This document shows, piece by piece, positions 12,880 to 25,990 of a DNA stretch of 64,000 nt. Each line of letters starts with the position of its first letter. The stretch's first letter is position 1. Origin of the DNA: the human T2T-CHM13v2.0 reference genome, Homo sapiens; NCBI RefSeq assembly GCF_009914755.1, contig NC_060925.1; one strand, written 5' to 3'. The notes beneath the pieces were generated by a model, which did no database searches, was not told the origin of the DNA, and was given only the letters and a program-made list of their open reading frames with translations. The translations under genes and the position numbers were made by a program.

Positions 12880-14529
12880 TTTTACTAGTGCTGTAGTAAA
12901 CAAAACAACATGGTGCTGGCATTAAAATAGACACATAGACCAAGGGAACAGAATAAAAAACCCAGAAACAAACCCACGCACATACAGTGAACTTATTTTT
13001 GGCCTAGGTGCCAAGAACCTACACTGGAGAAAAGACAGTCTCTTCAGTAAATGGTGCTGGGAAAACTAGATATCCATAAACAGAAGAATGAAACTAGACC
13101 TGTATTTCTCACCACATACAAAAACCAAATCAAAATGGATTAAAGATTTAAATCCAAAATCTCAAACTATGCAACTACTGCAGGAAAACTTTGGGGAAAA
13201 TCTCTGGGACACAGGTCTGGGCAAAAGTTTCTTGAGCAAGCACAAGCACAGGCAATCGAAGAAAAAATGGACAAATGGGATGACATCAAGTTAAAGAGCT
13301 TCTGCATAGCAAATGATATGATTAACAAAGTGAAAAGACAACCCACATAATGGGAGAAAACATTTTCAAAGTACTCATCTGACAAGGAATTCGTAACCAA
13401 CATATATAAGGAGCTCAAACAACTCTATGGAAAAAAACGTAATAATCTGATCAAAATATAGACAAAAGATTTGAACTGACATTTCTCAAAAGAAGACGTA
13501 CAAATGGCAAACAGGCATATGAAAAGGTGCTCAACACCATTGCTCATCAGAGAAATGCAAATCAAAACTACAATGAGATCATCTCTTCCCAGGTGAAATG
13601 GCTTATATCCAAAGGATAGGCAATAACAAGTGTTGGTGAGGATGTGGAGAAAAGGAAACTCTTGTATCACTGTTGGTGGGAATGTGAATTAGTACAATCG
13701 CTATTGAGAACAGTTTGGAGATTCCTCAGAAAACTAAAAATTGAGCTACCATATGTTTTAGCAATCCTATTACTGAGTATATACCCAAAAGAAAAAAAAA
13801 ATCACTATATCAGAGAAATGTCTGCAATCTCTGCACTCCTTTGTTTGTTGCAGCATTGTTCACAATAGCAAATATTTGAAAGCAACCTAAGTGTCCATCC
13901 ACAGATGAATGGATAAAGAAAATGTGGTACATATACAAAAATGAGTATTATTTAGCCATAACGAATGAGATCTTGTCATTTACAACAACGTGGATGGAAC
14001 TGAGGATCATTATTTTGAGTTAAATAAACCAGGCCCAGAAAGACCAACATTGCATTTTCTCGCTTATTTGTGGGATCTAGAAATGAAAACAATTGAACTC
14101 ACGGACATAGAGAGTATAAGGATTTTTACCAGAGGCTGGTAAGTGTAGTGGGGGGTTATGGGGGAGGTGGGCTTGTTAATGGGTACAAAACAAAATGGTT
14201 AGAAAGAATGAATAAGACCTACTGTTTCATAGCACAACAGGGTGACTATAGTTAATAATAACTAAATTGTACGTTTTATAATAATTTAAAGAGTATAATT
14301 GAATTGTTTGCAACTCAAATGATAAGTGCTTGAGGGGGTGAATACCCCATTCTTCATAATGTGTTTATTTCACATTGAATGCCTATATCAAAACATCTCA
14401 TGTACCCAATAAATATATACAGCTATGTACCCACAAAAATTTTTAAAGACAGAAAAGTCTTACGAAGTTGAATTTTACCATATGTAAAATTCTATGTTGA
14501 ATGCTTGAAATTGATGATGTCCTGTCTTC

Positions 14530-14656
14530 CTTACAACAGTCCTTCAAGAAATAAATAATTGTTATTCTCAATTTACAAAGAAGAAGGTAAACTTTGGAGA
14601 TGTAACAGAAACTACCCAAGTTCACAGAGCTGGCCAAGTGATGGAACTGTTATTCA
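14530..14656 (-). mobile_element. MIR fragment (target of the L1PA15/16 insertion; resumes ~17985-18000)
   Basis: 'attctcaatttacaaagaagaaggtaaact...cccaagttcacagagctggccaagtgatggaactg'. Confidence 0.65.
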
Positions 14657-16544
14657 TTATTTTCCTTAACTTTTATTTTAGGTACAGAGGGTACATGTGA
14701 AGTTTTGTTACATGTGTATATTTCACTCAGGTAGTGAGCATAGTACCCAATAGGTAGTTTTTAACCCATGCTTTCCTCCTTTCCTCCCCATTCTAGTACT
14801 TTGCCATGCCTATTGTTCCCATGTTTATGTCCATGGATGCTCAATGTTTAGCCCCCACTTATAAGAGAGAAGATGTGGTATTTGGTTTTCTGTTCCTGCT
14901 TTAATTCACTTAAGATTATGGCCTCCAACTCCAGCCATGTTGCTGCAAAAGATGTGATTTCATTCTTTATATGGCTAAGTAGTATTCCATGGTGTGTATG
15001 CGCTACATTTTCTTCATGCAATCCACCTTTGATGAGCGCCTGGGATGATTCCATGTCTTTGCTATTGTAAATAGCACAGCAATGAACATACGAGTGCATG
15101 TGTTTTTTTTGGTATAATAATTTATTTTCCTTTGGATATGTATATATATATATATATATATAGGATTGCTGGGTCAAATGGTATCTCTATTGTAAATTTT
15201 TTGAGAAATCTCCAAAGTTCTTTCCACAGTAACGAAATTAATTTACATTCTCACCAACGGTGTATAAGTGTTTCCTTTTCTCTGCAGCCTTACCAGCATC
15301 TCTTGTGTTTTGACTTTTAAATAGCCATTTTGACAAGTGTGACATGATGTCTCATTGTGGGGCTTTTGTTTGCATTTCTCGTATGATTAGTGATGGTGAG
15401 CATTTTTTTCATATATTTGCTGGCTCCTATATATCCTCTTTTGAGAAGTGTCCATTTATGTCCTTTGTCCATTTTTAATGGGGTTATTTGTGTTTTGCTT
15501 GTTGATTTAGGTTCCTTGTAGATTCTAAATATTGACTTTTATCAGATGCAGAGTTTGTGAATATTGTCTCCCATTTTGTACATTGTCTGTTTACTCTGTC
15601 AATAGTTTCTTTTGCTGTGCAGAAGCCCTTTACTTTAATTAGTTCTCACTTGTCAATTTTTTTGTTGTTGTAATTGCTTTTGGGGACTTAGACAAAAATT
15701 CTTTTCAAGGGCAATGTCAATAAAGGTATTTCCTAGGTTTTTGTAGGATTTTCATAGTTTGAGGTCCTATAGTTAAATATTTAATCCTCCTTGAGTTAAT
15801 TTTTGTATATGGTAAAAGCTAAGGGTGCACTTTTATTCTTCTGCACATGGCTAACCAGTTATTCCAGCACTGTTTAGCAAATAAGGAGTTTTTTTCCCCC
15901 ATTGCTTGTTTTTGTTGGCCTTGTCAAAGATCAGATGGTGGTAGGTGTGAGTCTTTATTTCTGGGTTTTCTATTCTGTTCCATTGGTCTATGTGTCTGTT
16001 TTTGGACCAGTACTATGCGGTTTTGGATACTACAGCCTTATAGTATATTTTGAGGTCAGGTAGTGTGATGCCTGTGGCTTTGTTTTCTTTGCTTAAAATT
16101 GCTTTGACTCTTTAGGCTATGTTTTGGTTTTGACGTATGCTAATCAATAAATGTGTCTCACCACGTAAACATAATTAAAAACAAAAACCACATGATCATC
16201 TCAATGGATGCAGAAAAAGCTTTTGATAAAATTCAATATCTTTCATGATAAAATCCCTCAACAAACTAGGCATCAAAGGAACATATTTCAAAATAATAGG
16301 AGTCACCCAAGAAAAACCCACAGCCAACATCATGCTAAATAGGCAAAACCTGAAGCTTTCCCCTTGAGAACTGGAACAAGAAAAAATGTCCACTCTCATC
16401 ATCCTATTAAACATAGTACAGGAAGTCCTAGCCAGAGCAATCAGGCAAGAGAAAGAAATAAAAGTCATCCAAATAGGAGAAAGAAGAACCCAAAGTATAT
16501 CTCTTTATTGATAATATGATTGTATACCTAGAAAACACTAATGA

Positions 16545-16588
16545 GGCCGGGAGTGGTGGCTCCTGCCTGTAATCCCAGCACTTGGGAG
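16545..16588 (+). mobile_element. Alu 5' fragment (~44 bp)
   Basis: 'ggccgggagtggtggctcctgcctgtaatcccagcacttgggag'. Confidence 0.9.
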
Positions 16589-16594
16589 AAGGGG

Positions 16595-17604
16595 TGGCAA
16601 CAAAAGCCAAAATTGACAAATGGGATCTAATTAAACTAAAGAGCTTCTGCACAGCCAAATAAACTATCATCAGATTGAAGAGGCAAACTACAGAATGGGA
16701 GAAAATTTTTGCAATCTATCCATCTGACAAAGGGCTAATATCCAGATTCTACAAAGAACTTAAACAAATTTACAAGAGAACAACAAACAACCCCATCGAA
16801 AAGTGGGCAAAGGATATGAACAGACACTTCTCAAAAGAAGACATTTATGCAGCCAACAGACATATGAAAAAAGCTCATCATCACTGGTCATTAGAGAAAT
16901 GCCACAATGAGATATCATCTCATGCCAGTTAGAATGGCGATCATTAAAAAGTCAGGAAACAACAGATGCCAGAGAGGATGTGGAGAAATAGGGACACTTT
17001 TACACTGTTGGTGGGAGTGTAAACCAGTTCAGCCACTGTGGAAGACAGTGTGGCGATTCCTCAAGGATCTAGAATATAAATACCATTTGACCCAGTAATC
17101 CCATTACTGGGTATATACCCAAAAGATTATAAATCATGCTATTATAAAGACACATGCACACGTATGTTTATTGTGGCACTATTCACAATAGCAAAGACTT
17201 GGAACCAACCCAAATGTCCATCAATAATAGGCTGGATAAAGAAAAGGTGGCACATATACACCATGGAATACTATGCAGCCATAAAAAGGGATGAGTTCAT
17301 GTCCTCTGCAGGGACATGGATGAAGGTGGAAACCACCATTCTCAGCAAACTATCATAAGAAGAGAAAACCAAGCACCACATGTTCTCATTCATAAGTGAG
17401 AGCTGAACAATGAGAACAAATGGACATAGGGAGGGGAACATCACACACTGGGTCCTGTCAGGGGGTGGAGGGCTAGGGCAGGGATAACATTAGGAAAAAT
17501 ACCTAATGTAGGTGACGGGTTGATGGGTGCAGCAAACCACCATGGCAAGTGTATACCTATGCAACAAACCTGCACATTCTGCACAAGTGCTCCAGAAATT
17601 AAAG

Positions 17605-17643
<39 letters not shown>
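16595..17643 (+). mobile_element. 5'-truncated L1PA8-like element with (AAT)n tail
   Basis: ORF2 C-terminal region (CWWEC motif in ORF 16907-17098) and 3'UTR 'gggataacattaggaaaaatacctaatgtaggtgacgggttgatgggtgcagcaaaccaccatggc'; (AAT)n from 17607. Confidence 0.92.
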
Positions 17644-18899
17644 GAATCAGTAGCCTTTCTATACACCAATAATGTCCAGGCTGAGAGTCAGATCAAGAAC
17701 ACAATCCCATTTACAACAGCCACAAAGAAAATGAAATACCTAGAAATACAGCTAACCAAGATGATGAAAGATCTCTACAAGGAGAATGACAAAACACTGC
17801 TGAAATAAATCAGAGATGAAACAAATAAATGGAAAAACATCTCATGCTCATGGATTGGAAGAATCAATATTGTTATAATGGCCACACTGCCCAAAGCAAT
17901 TTACAGATTGAATGTTATTCCTGTCAAACTACCAACATCATTCTTCACAGAATTTTTTTAAAAACTATTCTGTAATTCATATAAAACTGCCATTCAAACT
18001 TGCATTATTTCACCTTAATAAGCGAACTAAAAGTATAATTACATATTAGCTTTTATTATTACTAAATATTAAACATTGAGTTCTACAATGCCACACTTTT
18101 GAGTATCTGAAAAATGCTCCATTCTGAAAAGAAAGTGCCCCCACCTTCAGCCACAAGAAAGTCATCTTGAGAGGACAGTTACTCCAATCCCTGCTTTAAT
18201 AAACCAACACTGACAATAACAAAAAAACAAATAAAGACGTAATCAAGATTCTTCCTTAGATCTCACTATCAAAATAGTAGAAATATTTTTCTTAATGTTC
18301 TATAACTTCAAGATATATCACTTAGAATATTGGGGGAAAATACTTATTTGCTCATTCCATATTTAAAGTAATGTGAGTCTTGTATATTTTTTTCCTACAA
18401 GACTTAGGTCTTGTACTGACCCTGATAAAATGGTCATGTTCTTACTCTTCTTCATCCAGGAATTGGCGGTAACAAATAAGCTATATTATATAAAATTTAA
18501 TTTTATTAATAACATCTGGCTGAAAAAAACAAATTCCAATCACATTAGTGAAATAAAGCAATTAAAGTGGCTGAAACTCTGTTCTCATTTTTTTCCAAGT
18601 CATTATAAAAAATTATTATACTTTTCATTTTATTAACTTTACTGCAATGCATAATTGATTGATGCGTATGATTTTGTCTCCCATCATACACTATAAGTAT
18701 TTAGGGTACAGGCCATTTAAAATTCTACATTTTTTTCACATTTAAATAAAGCCTTAATGCAGTGCTTCATGTATAATAGCTGTTACGTAGTTGCTTAATG
18801 TTATTCTAAAACTTTTGCCAAACACTAATTTGCCACGTTATAGTTCTAACATAATCTTAATTTTACATGTGGTAGTGTAAGAGTTAAAAAAAAAGATAA

Positions 18900-19235
18900 T
18901 GGATGCTACTCAACTTATGATGGCATTATATCCCAAGAAACTCATGATAAAAAATGTATTGAATACAACTAACCTATCAAACATCAAAGCTTAGCTTAAC
19001 ATAATTTAAATGTGCTCAGAACATTTAGATGAGCCTACAGTTGGGCAAAATCATCTAACCCAAAGCCTATTTTATAATAAGCTATTGAATATTTCAGGTA
19101 ATTAATTGAATACTGTATGGAGTGAAAAACTGAATGGTTGTATAGACACTTGAAGTACTACTGAATGTGTATATCTTTTGCATTCACACATGGTTAAATT
19201 GAAAATCGTAGCCATCATAAATCAGGGACTGTCTG
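18900..19235 (+). mobile_element. MER47A-like Tigger MITE
   Basis: 'gatgctactcaacttatgatgg...gcctacagttgggcaaaatcatctaac...catcataaatcagggactgtctg' followed by TA. Confidence 0.8.
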
Positions 19236-19384
19236 TATATTAATATCTGTACACATAAATACAGAATGTATTTAAGAGTATAATGTAGAATATCTTATGT
19301 TCCAGATTCACATTTTCTAATGGCTCACAAGCCAGGCCCTGATCTGGAATTGGGAGTTACAGCTGTCATTATAACATTCAATTA

Positions 19385-19690
19385 TGCCAGGTGTAGTGGC
19401 TACCACCTGTAATCCCAGCACTTTGGGAGGCTGAGGTGGGAAGATGGCTTGAGGCCAGGAGTTCAAGATCAACCTGAGTGACATAGGGAGACCCTGTCTC
19501 TATAAATAATAATAATAAAAAAAAAATTAGTGGGGTATTGGTGGCACATACCCATAGTCCCAGCAACTCAGAGACTGAGGTGGGAGGATTGCTTGAGCCC
19601 GGGATATTGAAGCTGTACTTAGCCATGACAAAGCCACTGCACTCCAGTCTGGGAAAAAGAGCAAGACCCTCTCTAAAAAATAAAATAAAA
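19385..19690 (+). mobile_element. AluJ
   Basis: J-diagnostic 'cttgaggccaggagttcaag', 'gggaggattgcttgagccc'; TSD aacattcaat/aacaatcaat. Confidence 0.93.
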
Positions 19691-19909
19691 CAATCAATGG
19701 ACTTCTCTTACTGACCTTGCATTCAATAGAAAATGGTAAGTGCCAGGAAAAAAAAAGTATTAATACAGACAAGGATAGAGGGTGACTGGAAGGTGACAGA
19801 AGGAAGACTTCACATTTTGATTCTGTCATCATGGAAATCTTCATTGATGAGTTGTAGAGGCCTCCAGTCTGAAGGTACTATAAGTATCATATCTATGTAG
19901 CAAAGCTAG

Positions 19910-21700
<1,791 letters not shown>

Positions 21701-21709
21701 ATACTTGAC

Positions 21710-22482
21710 ACCAGCGAAATTAGAGCTGAATGAGAGTGTAAAGATGGATTTGGAGAAAGAGCCAGAAGGATTCTGTAACCTGCTAAGGATTATGAATTTG
21801 TCACAAAGGTAGCCAGTGGAGGTTCAGGCAAGGGGAGCAATCTTATCTGATTTATTTATAAACAGAATTGCTTTGGCTACTGATTGAAAAATAGACTTTA
21901 AGAAATAAGGGAGGAATCTTGGAGAGCAGTTAGGAAGCTGTCGCAGTAGTTCGGGGGTGTGAGATATTTGGCTTAAAGTATCATCAGTAATAGTGGTAGT
22001 GGTAAAAAGTGCCTACATTGGTGCAATATTGTGAAGGTAGAGCTTATTGATAGATTTATTAGTGATGCCAAAGAAAGAAGAAAGTCAAGCAGGACATCAA
22101 CACCTTTGGTGAGAGTAAATGGGCGTGCCATTCTCAAGATTACTAAGACTGAGAAGTTCTGACTTTGGAAAGAATAAATATTTTGGTTTTGGCCATGTGA
22201 TTTTGGGATGCCTATTGAATAAATGAAGAAGGGTTTGAACATGTGGTTGGATACATGAATTTGGAGTTTAGCAGATAATTCAGGGCTATATAGACAGAAT
22301 TAGATGTCATCAGCTATGTCAAAGCTTCAGAAATCGGTTATGTAACTAAAGCATGGATATAGATGGAGAAGAGAAGATATATGAAGCCTAATCCTGGAAC
22401 ATACCAATAGGTTGGTATCAGGAAGCTGAAGAAATGCACGAAGGCCAGGGAGTCCAAAAGCCAAGAGAAGAAAATGTTTCAA
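21710..22482 (-). mobile_element. L2 remnant (probably continuous with L2 piece ~19700-19900 before the MER45 insertion)
   Basis: 'gcagttaggaagctgtcgcagtagttc', 'ttttggccatgtgattttgggatgcctatt', 'gccaagagaagaaaatgtttcaag'. Confidence 0.75.
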
Positions 22483-22726
22483 GTGCATTTGACCGACCAT
22501 GCATGGCTGGCTTCATGGACATGCCACTTGTGCTGCCACACAAGGCATATGCTCAGAAGAATCCTATGCTTGGTTTAATACTCTGCTGTCACCATCATGA
22601 AATACCTAATAATTTTAATTTTGAACTAGTGTTTCATAGATGAAGTACAGTGGGAGAACAGGGTATGCATGTGAACACAGGAGATATATGAAATGTGCGT
22701 GTCTACCATTTCCCAGTTGTCTATAA

Positions 22727-23014
22727 TTTTTTTTTCGAGAGAGTCTTGCTCTGTCACCCAGCCTGAAGTGCAGTGGTGGGATCTTGGCCTCTACAACCCC
22801 CGCTTCCCAGGTTCAAGCGATTCTCCTGCCTCAGCCTCCCCATTAGCTGGGACTACAGGCACCCACCACCACGCCTGGCCAACTTTTGTATTTTTAGTAA
22901 AGATGGAGTTTCACCATGTTGACCAGGCTGGTCTTGAGCTCTGATCTCAGGTGATCCACCCACCTCGGCCTCCAAAAGTGCTGGGATTCCAGGTGGGAGC
23001 CACTGCACCCAGCC
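22727..23014 (-). mobile_element. AluSx-like
   Basis: Antisense Alu; TSD gtctataatttt/gtctacaacttt. Confidence 0.95.
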
Positions 23015-23732
23015 GTCTACAACTTTTAACATGCTCAGTGAGCACAAGACTCTAGCAACCCCACAATGTGTGGAGCTGCCCAAAACTCAAAGTAAATACA
23101 AGGGAAGCATGTTACATCTATGACTGAATAAATGGGGGTGCTGACAACTCAGGAAGCCAAGATCTCTATTCAGATGAAAAGTTCATTCACAGCTGAAGGC
23201 AACAGCTTTCTTAAAATAAAACATGAATAAACAAGGAAACCCTATCATATTCTTTCTTGCTTTTGTTTCTTTCCAGAGTTAGTGAACCAGTAATGCTGAA
23301 AATGATGACACAGAAAGAAATGGAAGATAATTTATTTTTCTTTCAGCCCTTCTTTACGTATCATTAAAGCAAAGGTAGAAAGTATTGGTAGAATTTGTAT
23401 CAAAAATTGAAATAAAAAAGTGTAGTTAGATTTTATACTGTTTTCACTATTCTAGTAATAACATACATATATATTGTATGTATTACGTAAATTTGGGGAT
23501 TCCACATACAAGTTAAATGTTCTTTAAAACTGCCATGGGAACATGTAAAGATAAGATGTAAAATTCATATAAATAATTTTATTTTATTTTATTTTACCAG
23601 GAAAGGCATTAAATAATGATCAAACATGGTGAGTCAAGAGAGAGACGGCAGAAAAAAGGATAAAGCCTTATATCGTAGTAACTTTAAAAGGTTTTTTTTT
23701 CCTGCTTTTTAAATGAAGAGTCCTACATTTTC

Positions 23733-24604
23733 TTTTTATTTATTTATTTATTTATTTATTTTTTATTATTATACTTTAAGTTCTAGGGTACATGTGCACA
23801 ACGTGCAGGTTTGTTACATATGTATACATGTGCCATGTTGGTGTGCTGTACCCATTAACTCGTCATTTACATTAGGTATATCTCCTAATGCTATCCCTCC
23901 CCCCTCCCCCCACCCCACAACACACCCCTGTGTGTGATGTCCTCCTTCTTGTGTCCAAGTATTCTCATTGTTCAATCCCCACCTGTGAGTGAGAACATGC
24001 GATGTTTGGCTTTTTGTCCTTGCGATAGTTTGCTGAGAATGATGGTTTCCAGCTTCATCCATATCCCTACAAAGGACCTGAACTCATCCTTTTTTATGGA
24101 TGCATAGTATTCCGTGGTTTATATTGTGCCACATTTTCTTAATCCAGTCTATCATTGTTGGACATTTGGGTTGGTTCCAGGTCTTTGCTATTGTGAATAG
24201 TGCCACAATAAACATACGTATGCATGTGTCTTTATAGCAGCATGATTTATAATCCTTTGGGTATATACCCAGTAATGAGATGGCTGGGTCAAATGGTATT
24301 TCTAGTTCTAGATCCCTGAGGAATCGCCACACTGTCTTCCACAATGGTTGAACCAGTTTACAGTCCCACCAACAGTGTAAAAGTGTTCCTGTTTCTCCAC
24401 ATCCTCTCCAGCACCTGTTGTTTCCTGACTTTTTAATGATCGCCATTCTAACTGGTGTGAGATGGTATCTCATTGTGGATAATTGCCAATAGAGCTATAT
24501 AATGATTCTTATGGCATTCGTAGCCTGTATTTTATTTAAACAAATGTCCATTCATTCATTCAGATATTTATCATGTATCTTCTTTTGCCTTTGATTTGCA
24601 TTTC
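23733..24604 (-). mobile_element. 5'-truncated L1PA4/5-like element, (TTTA)n tail, with an inverted local insertion near its 5' end
   Basis: L1PA 3'UTR plus ORF2 C-terminus (ORF 24084-24473, [18 protein letters not shown]); L1 stops at 24478 and resumes 'tttgatttgcatttc' 24590-24604; TSD ctacattttc (23723-23732)/ctgcattttc (24609-24618). Confidence 0.93.
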
Positions 24605-24942
24605 AAAACTGCATTTTCATTTTACACTAGAATCTACAAACTAGGCAGCCAGCTCTCAAGCATTTATGCAAAATGTTGTTAAAAGGTCCTTGTGAAATGA
24701 GAAGACGTGGAACACATATTTATATTTCTATGTGTTTTATAAAGAAAGCTATAGATTCTTTTTTTTCTTGCTAGAGAAATAATTTGTTCACCTCTGTATT
24801 TTAAGTGCCTAGAGGAGTTCCACATAAAAGATATTTAAGTGATAAATATCTGAAAACATTAATGAATGAACGAACATTTGTTTAAATAAAATATAGGCTA
24901 CAAATGCCATAAGAATCATTATATAACTCTACTGGCAATTAT
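24479..24942. repeat. Imperfect inverted repeat: 24479-24573 vs 24840-24942
   Basis: Manual alignment: 6 transitions in 95 aligned bp plus one 8-bp indel; 266-bp spacer. Confidence 0.95.
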
Positions 24943-25903
24943 AAATCTCTCTGTATTAGGTAAATTTTAGAGTACCTTAGTTATTAATTTTGGGAAAAGT
25001 TCCTTTTAAAATTTAAACTAGTCAATTAATATTTATTTTTAATGGCAAAATATCTGTATTGATAAAAGTTCATGATGATTTTAAAAAATCTGCTCATCGT
25101 TATATGGGCACAGGATGGGCAAAGAAATAATAAGCTTTATTTACTACTTTTGTGTTTTAAAATTTAATATGTGTAGACTTTCCTAGTTTTAACAAGTAAA
25201 AGGCTTGGACATTTCATCCTTAAAATAGGAAATTGCTGAACAACAAAATCAATGACTTCTCTTGAACTCATCAGAGAACTGAGGTCCTAGGAAACTCCCG
25301 TCTGGAAATTTGGAGAGACAGGTGAATTCAGAGTCACAGCTGGAATAAGCTTATCTAGAGCAGAGATGCTATAGTTACAAACCAGTGGAAACACTTAAAT
25401 GGAAATGTTGACAAATTGCTTGCAGGTAAATATAGAACACAAGGATGAGAGTGAGAACTTCCTGGGGGCCACAGTCATAGAAAGGCCCCCATACTTTTAT
25501 GAGTTTTATCTCCAGGAACCCTACAAGTTTTTCACTGTAAAGATCAGAAGATCCCATTTTATGTGATGGGGTAAGAATAATCATTGTGAAATACACCCAG
25601 CATTCTCCTAATGAAGACCTCTTTTCCTGGACGAAATACTTTACTAGTGCCTTATCCCAGTGAGAGGAAGACATTCCTCCCAATCCAGGCCCCTCTAGCC
25701 TTCCTGTCTCACCTGAGTGGGAAGAACCCCACATCACTAGAGAAACACGAAGGTCACATCCCTGAGTCATAGTACACTTAGAAACTGAGATCTAATTCTG
25801 TGATTATTGAATGTTCCATTCTCCACAACTGACCATCACACCAACAGAGTTTCAATTTAATCACAATAGATTACAGTGGGAAAAGCTACAAGATACAGAT
25901 GAT

Positions 25904-25990
25904 CTCTCTCTTTCTCCCTTTTTAAATTTTACTTTAAGTTCTGGGATACATGTGCAGAAGGTGCAGGTTTGTTGCATAGGTATACATGTG
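25904..25990 (-). mobile_element. L1PA7/8-like extreme 3' end fragment
   Basis: 'ttttactttaagttctgggatacatgtgcagaaggtgcaggtttgttgcataggtatacatgtg'. Confidence 0.9.

Larger units (their letters stand above)
4609..14464 (+). mobile_element. Full-length L1MA1-type LINE-1 (dead; ORF1/ORF2 disrupted; four nested insertions)
   Basis: L1M1-type 5' end 'gaggagcaagatgacagaatataaagctccactgattatccccccagc', ORF1- and ORF2-like sequence, L1MA1/2 3' end 'aaacatctcatgtacccaataaatatatacagctatgtacccacaaaaatt'; TSD aagttaaattttacca (4593-4608) / aagttgaattttacca (14465-14480). Confidence 0.9.
14657..17984 (-). mobile_element. L1PA15/16-like element with 5' inversion (minus 14657-16130; inverted ORF2 part on plus 16131-16544 and 17644-17984)
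   Basis: 3' end 'caggtagtgagcatagtacccaataggtagtttt'; orientation switch at 16130/16131; the two parts meet at adjacent L1 positions (..aattcatat | aaccaaaa..); TSD aactgttattca (14645-14656)/aactgccattca (17985-17996). Confidence 0.88.
22502..24657 (+). mobile_element. Long non-autonomous hAT element with MER53-like termini, split by an Alu and an L1PA
   Basis: Left end 'catggctggcttcatggacatgc...gcttggtttaatactctgctgtcacc'; right end 'cctgctttttaaatgaagagtcctacattttc' // 'gcattttcattttacactag...gcagccagctctc'; exact family name uncertain. Confidence 0.65.

Noticed and set aside
24084-24473. 129-aa ORF with Cys/His motif (also 7945-8196, 16907-17098)
   Set aside because: C-terminal fragments of L1 ORF2p in truncated copies, not genes
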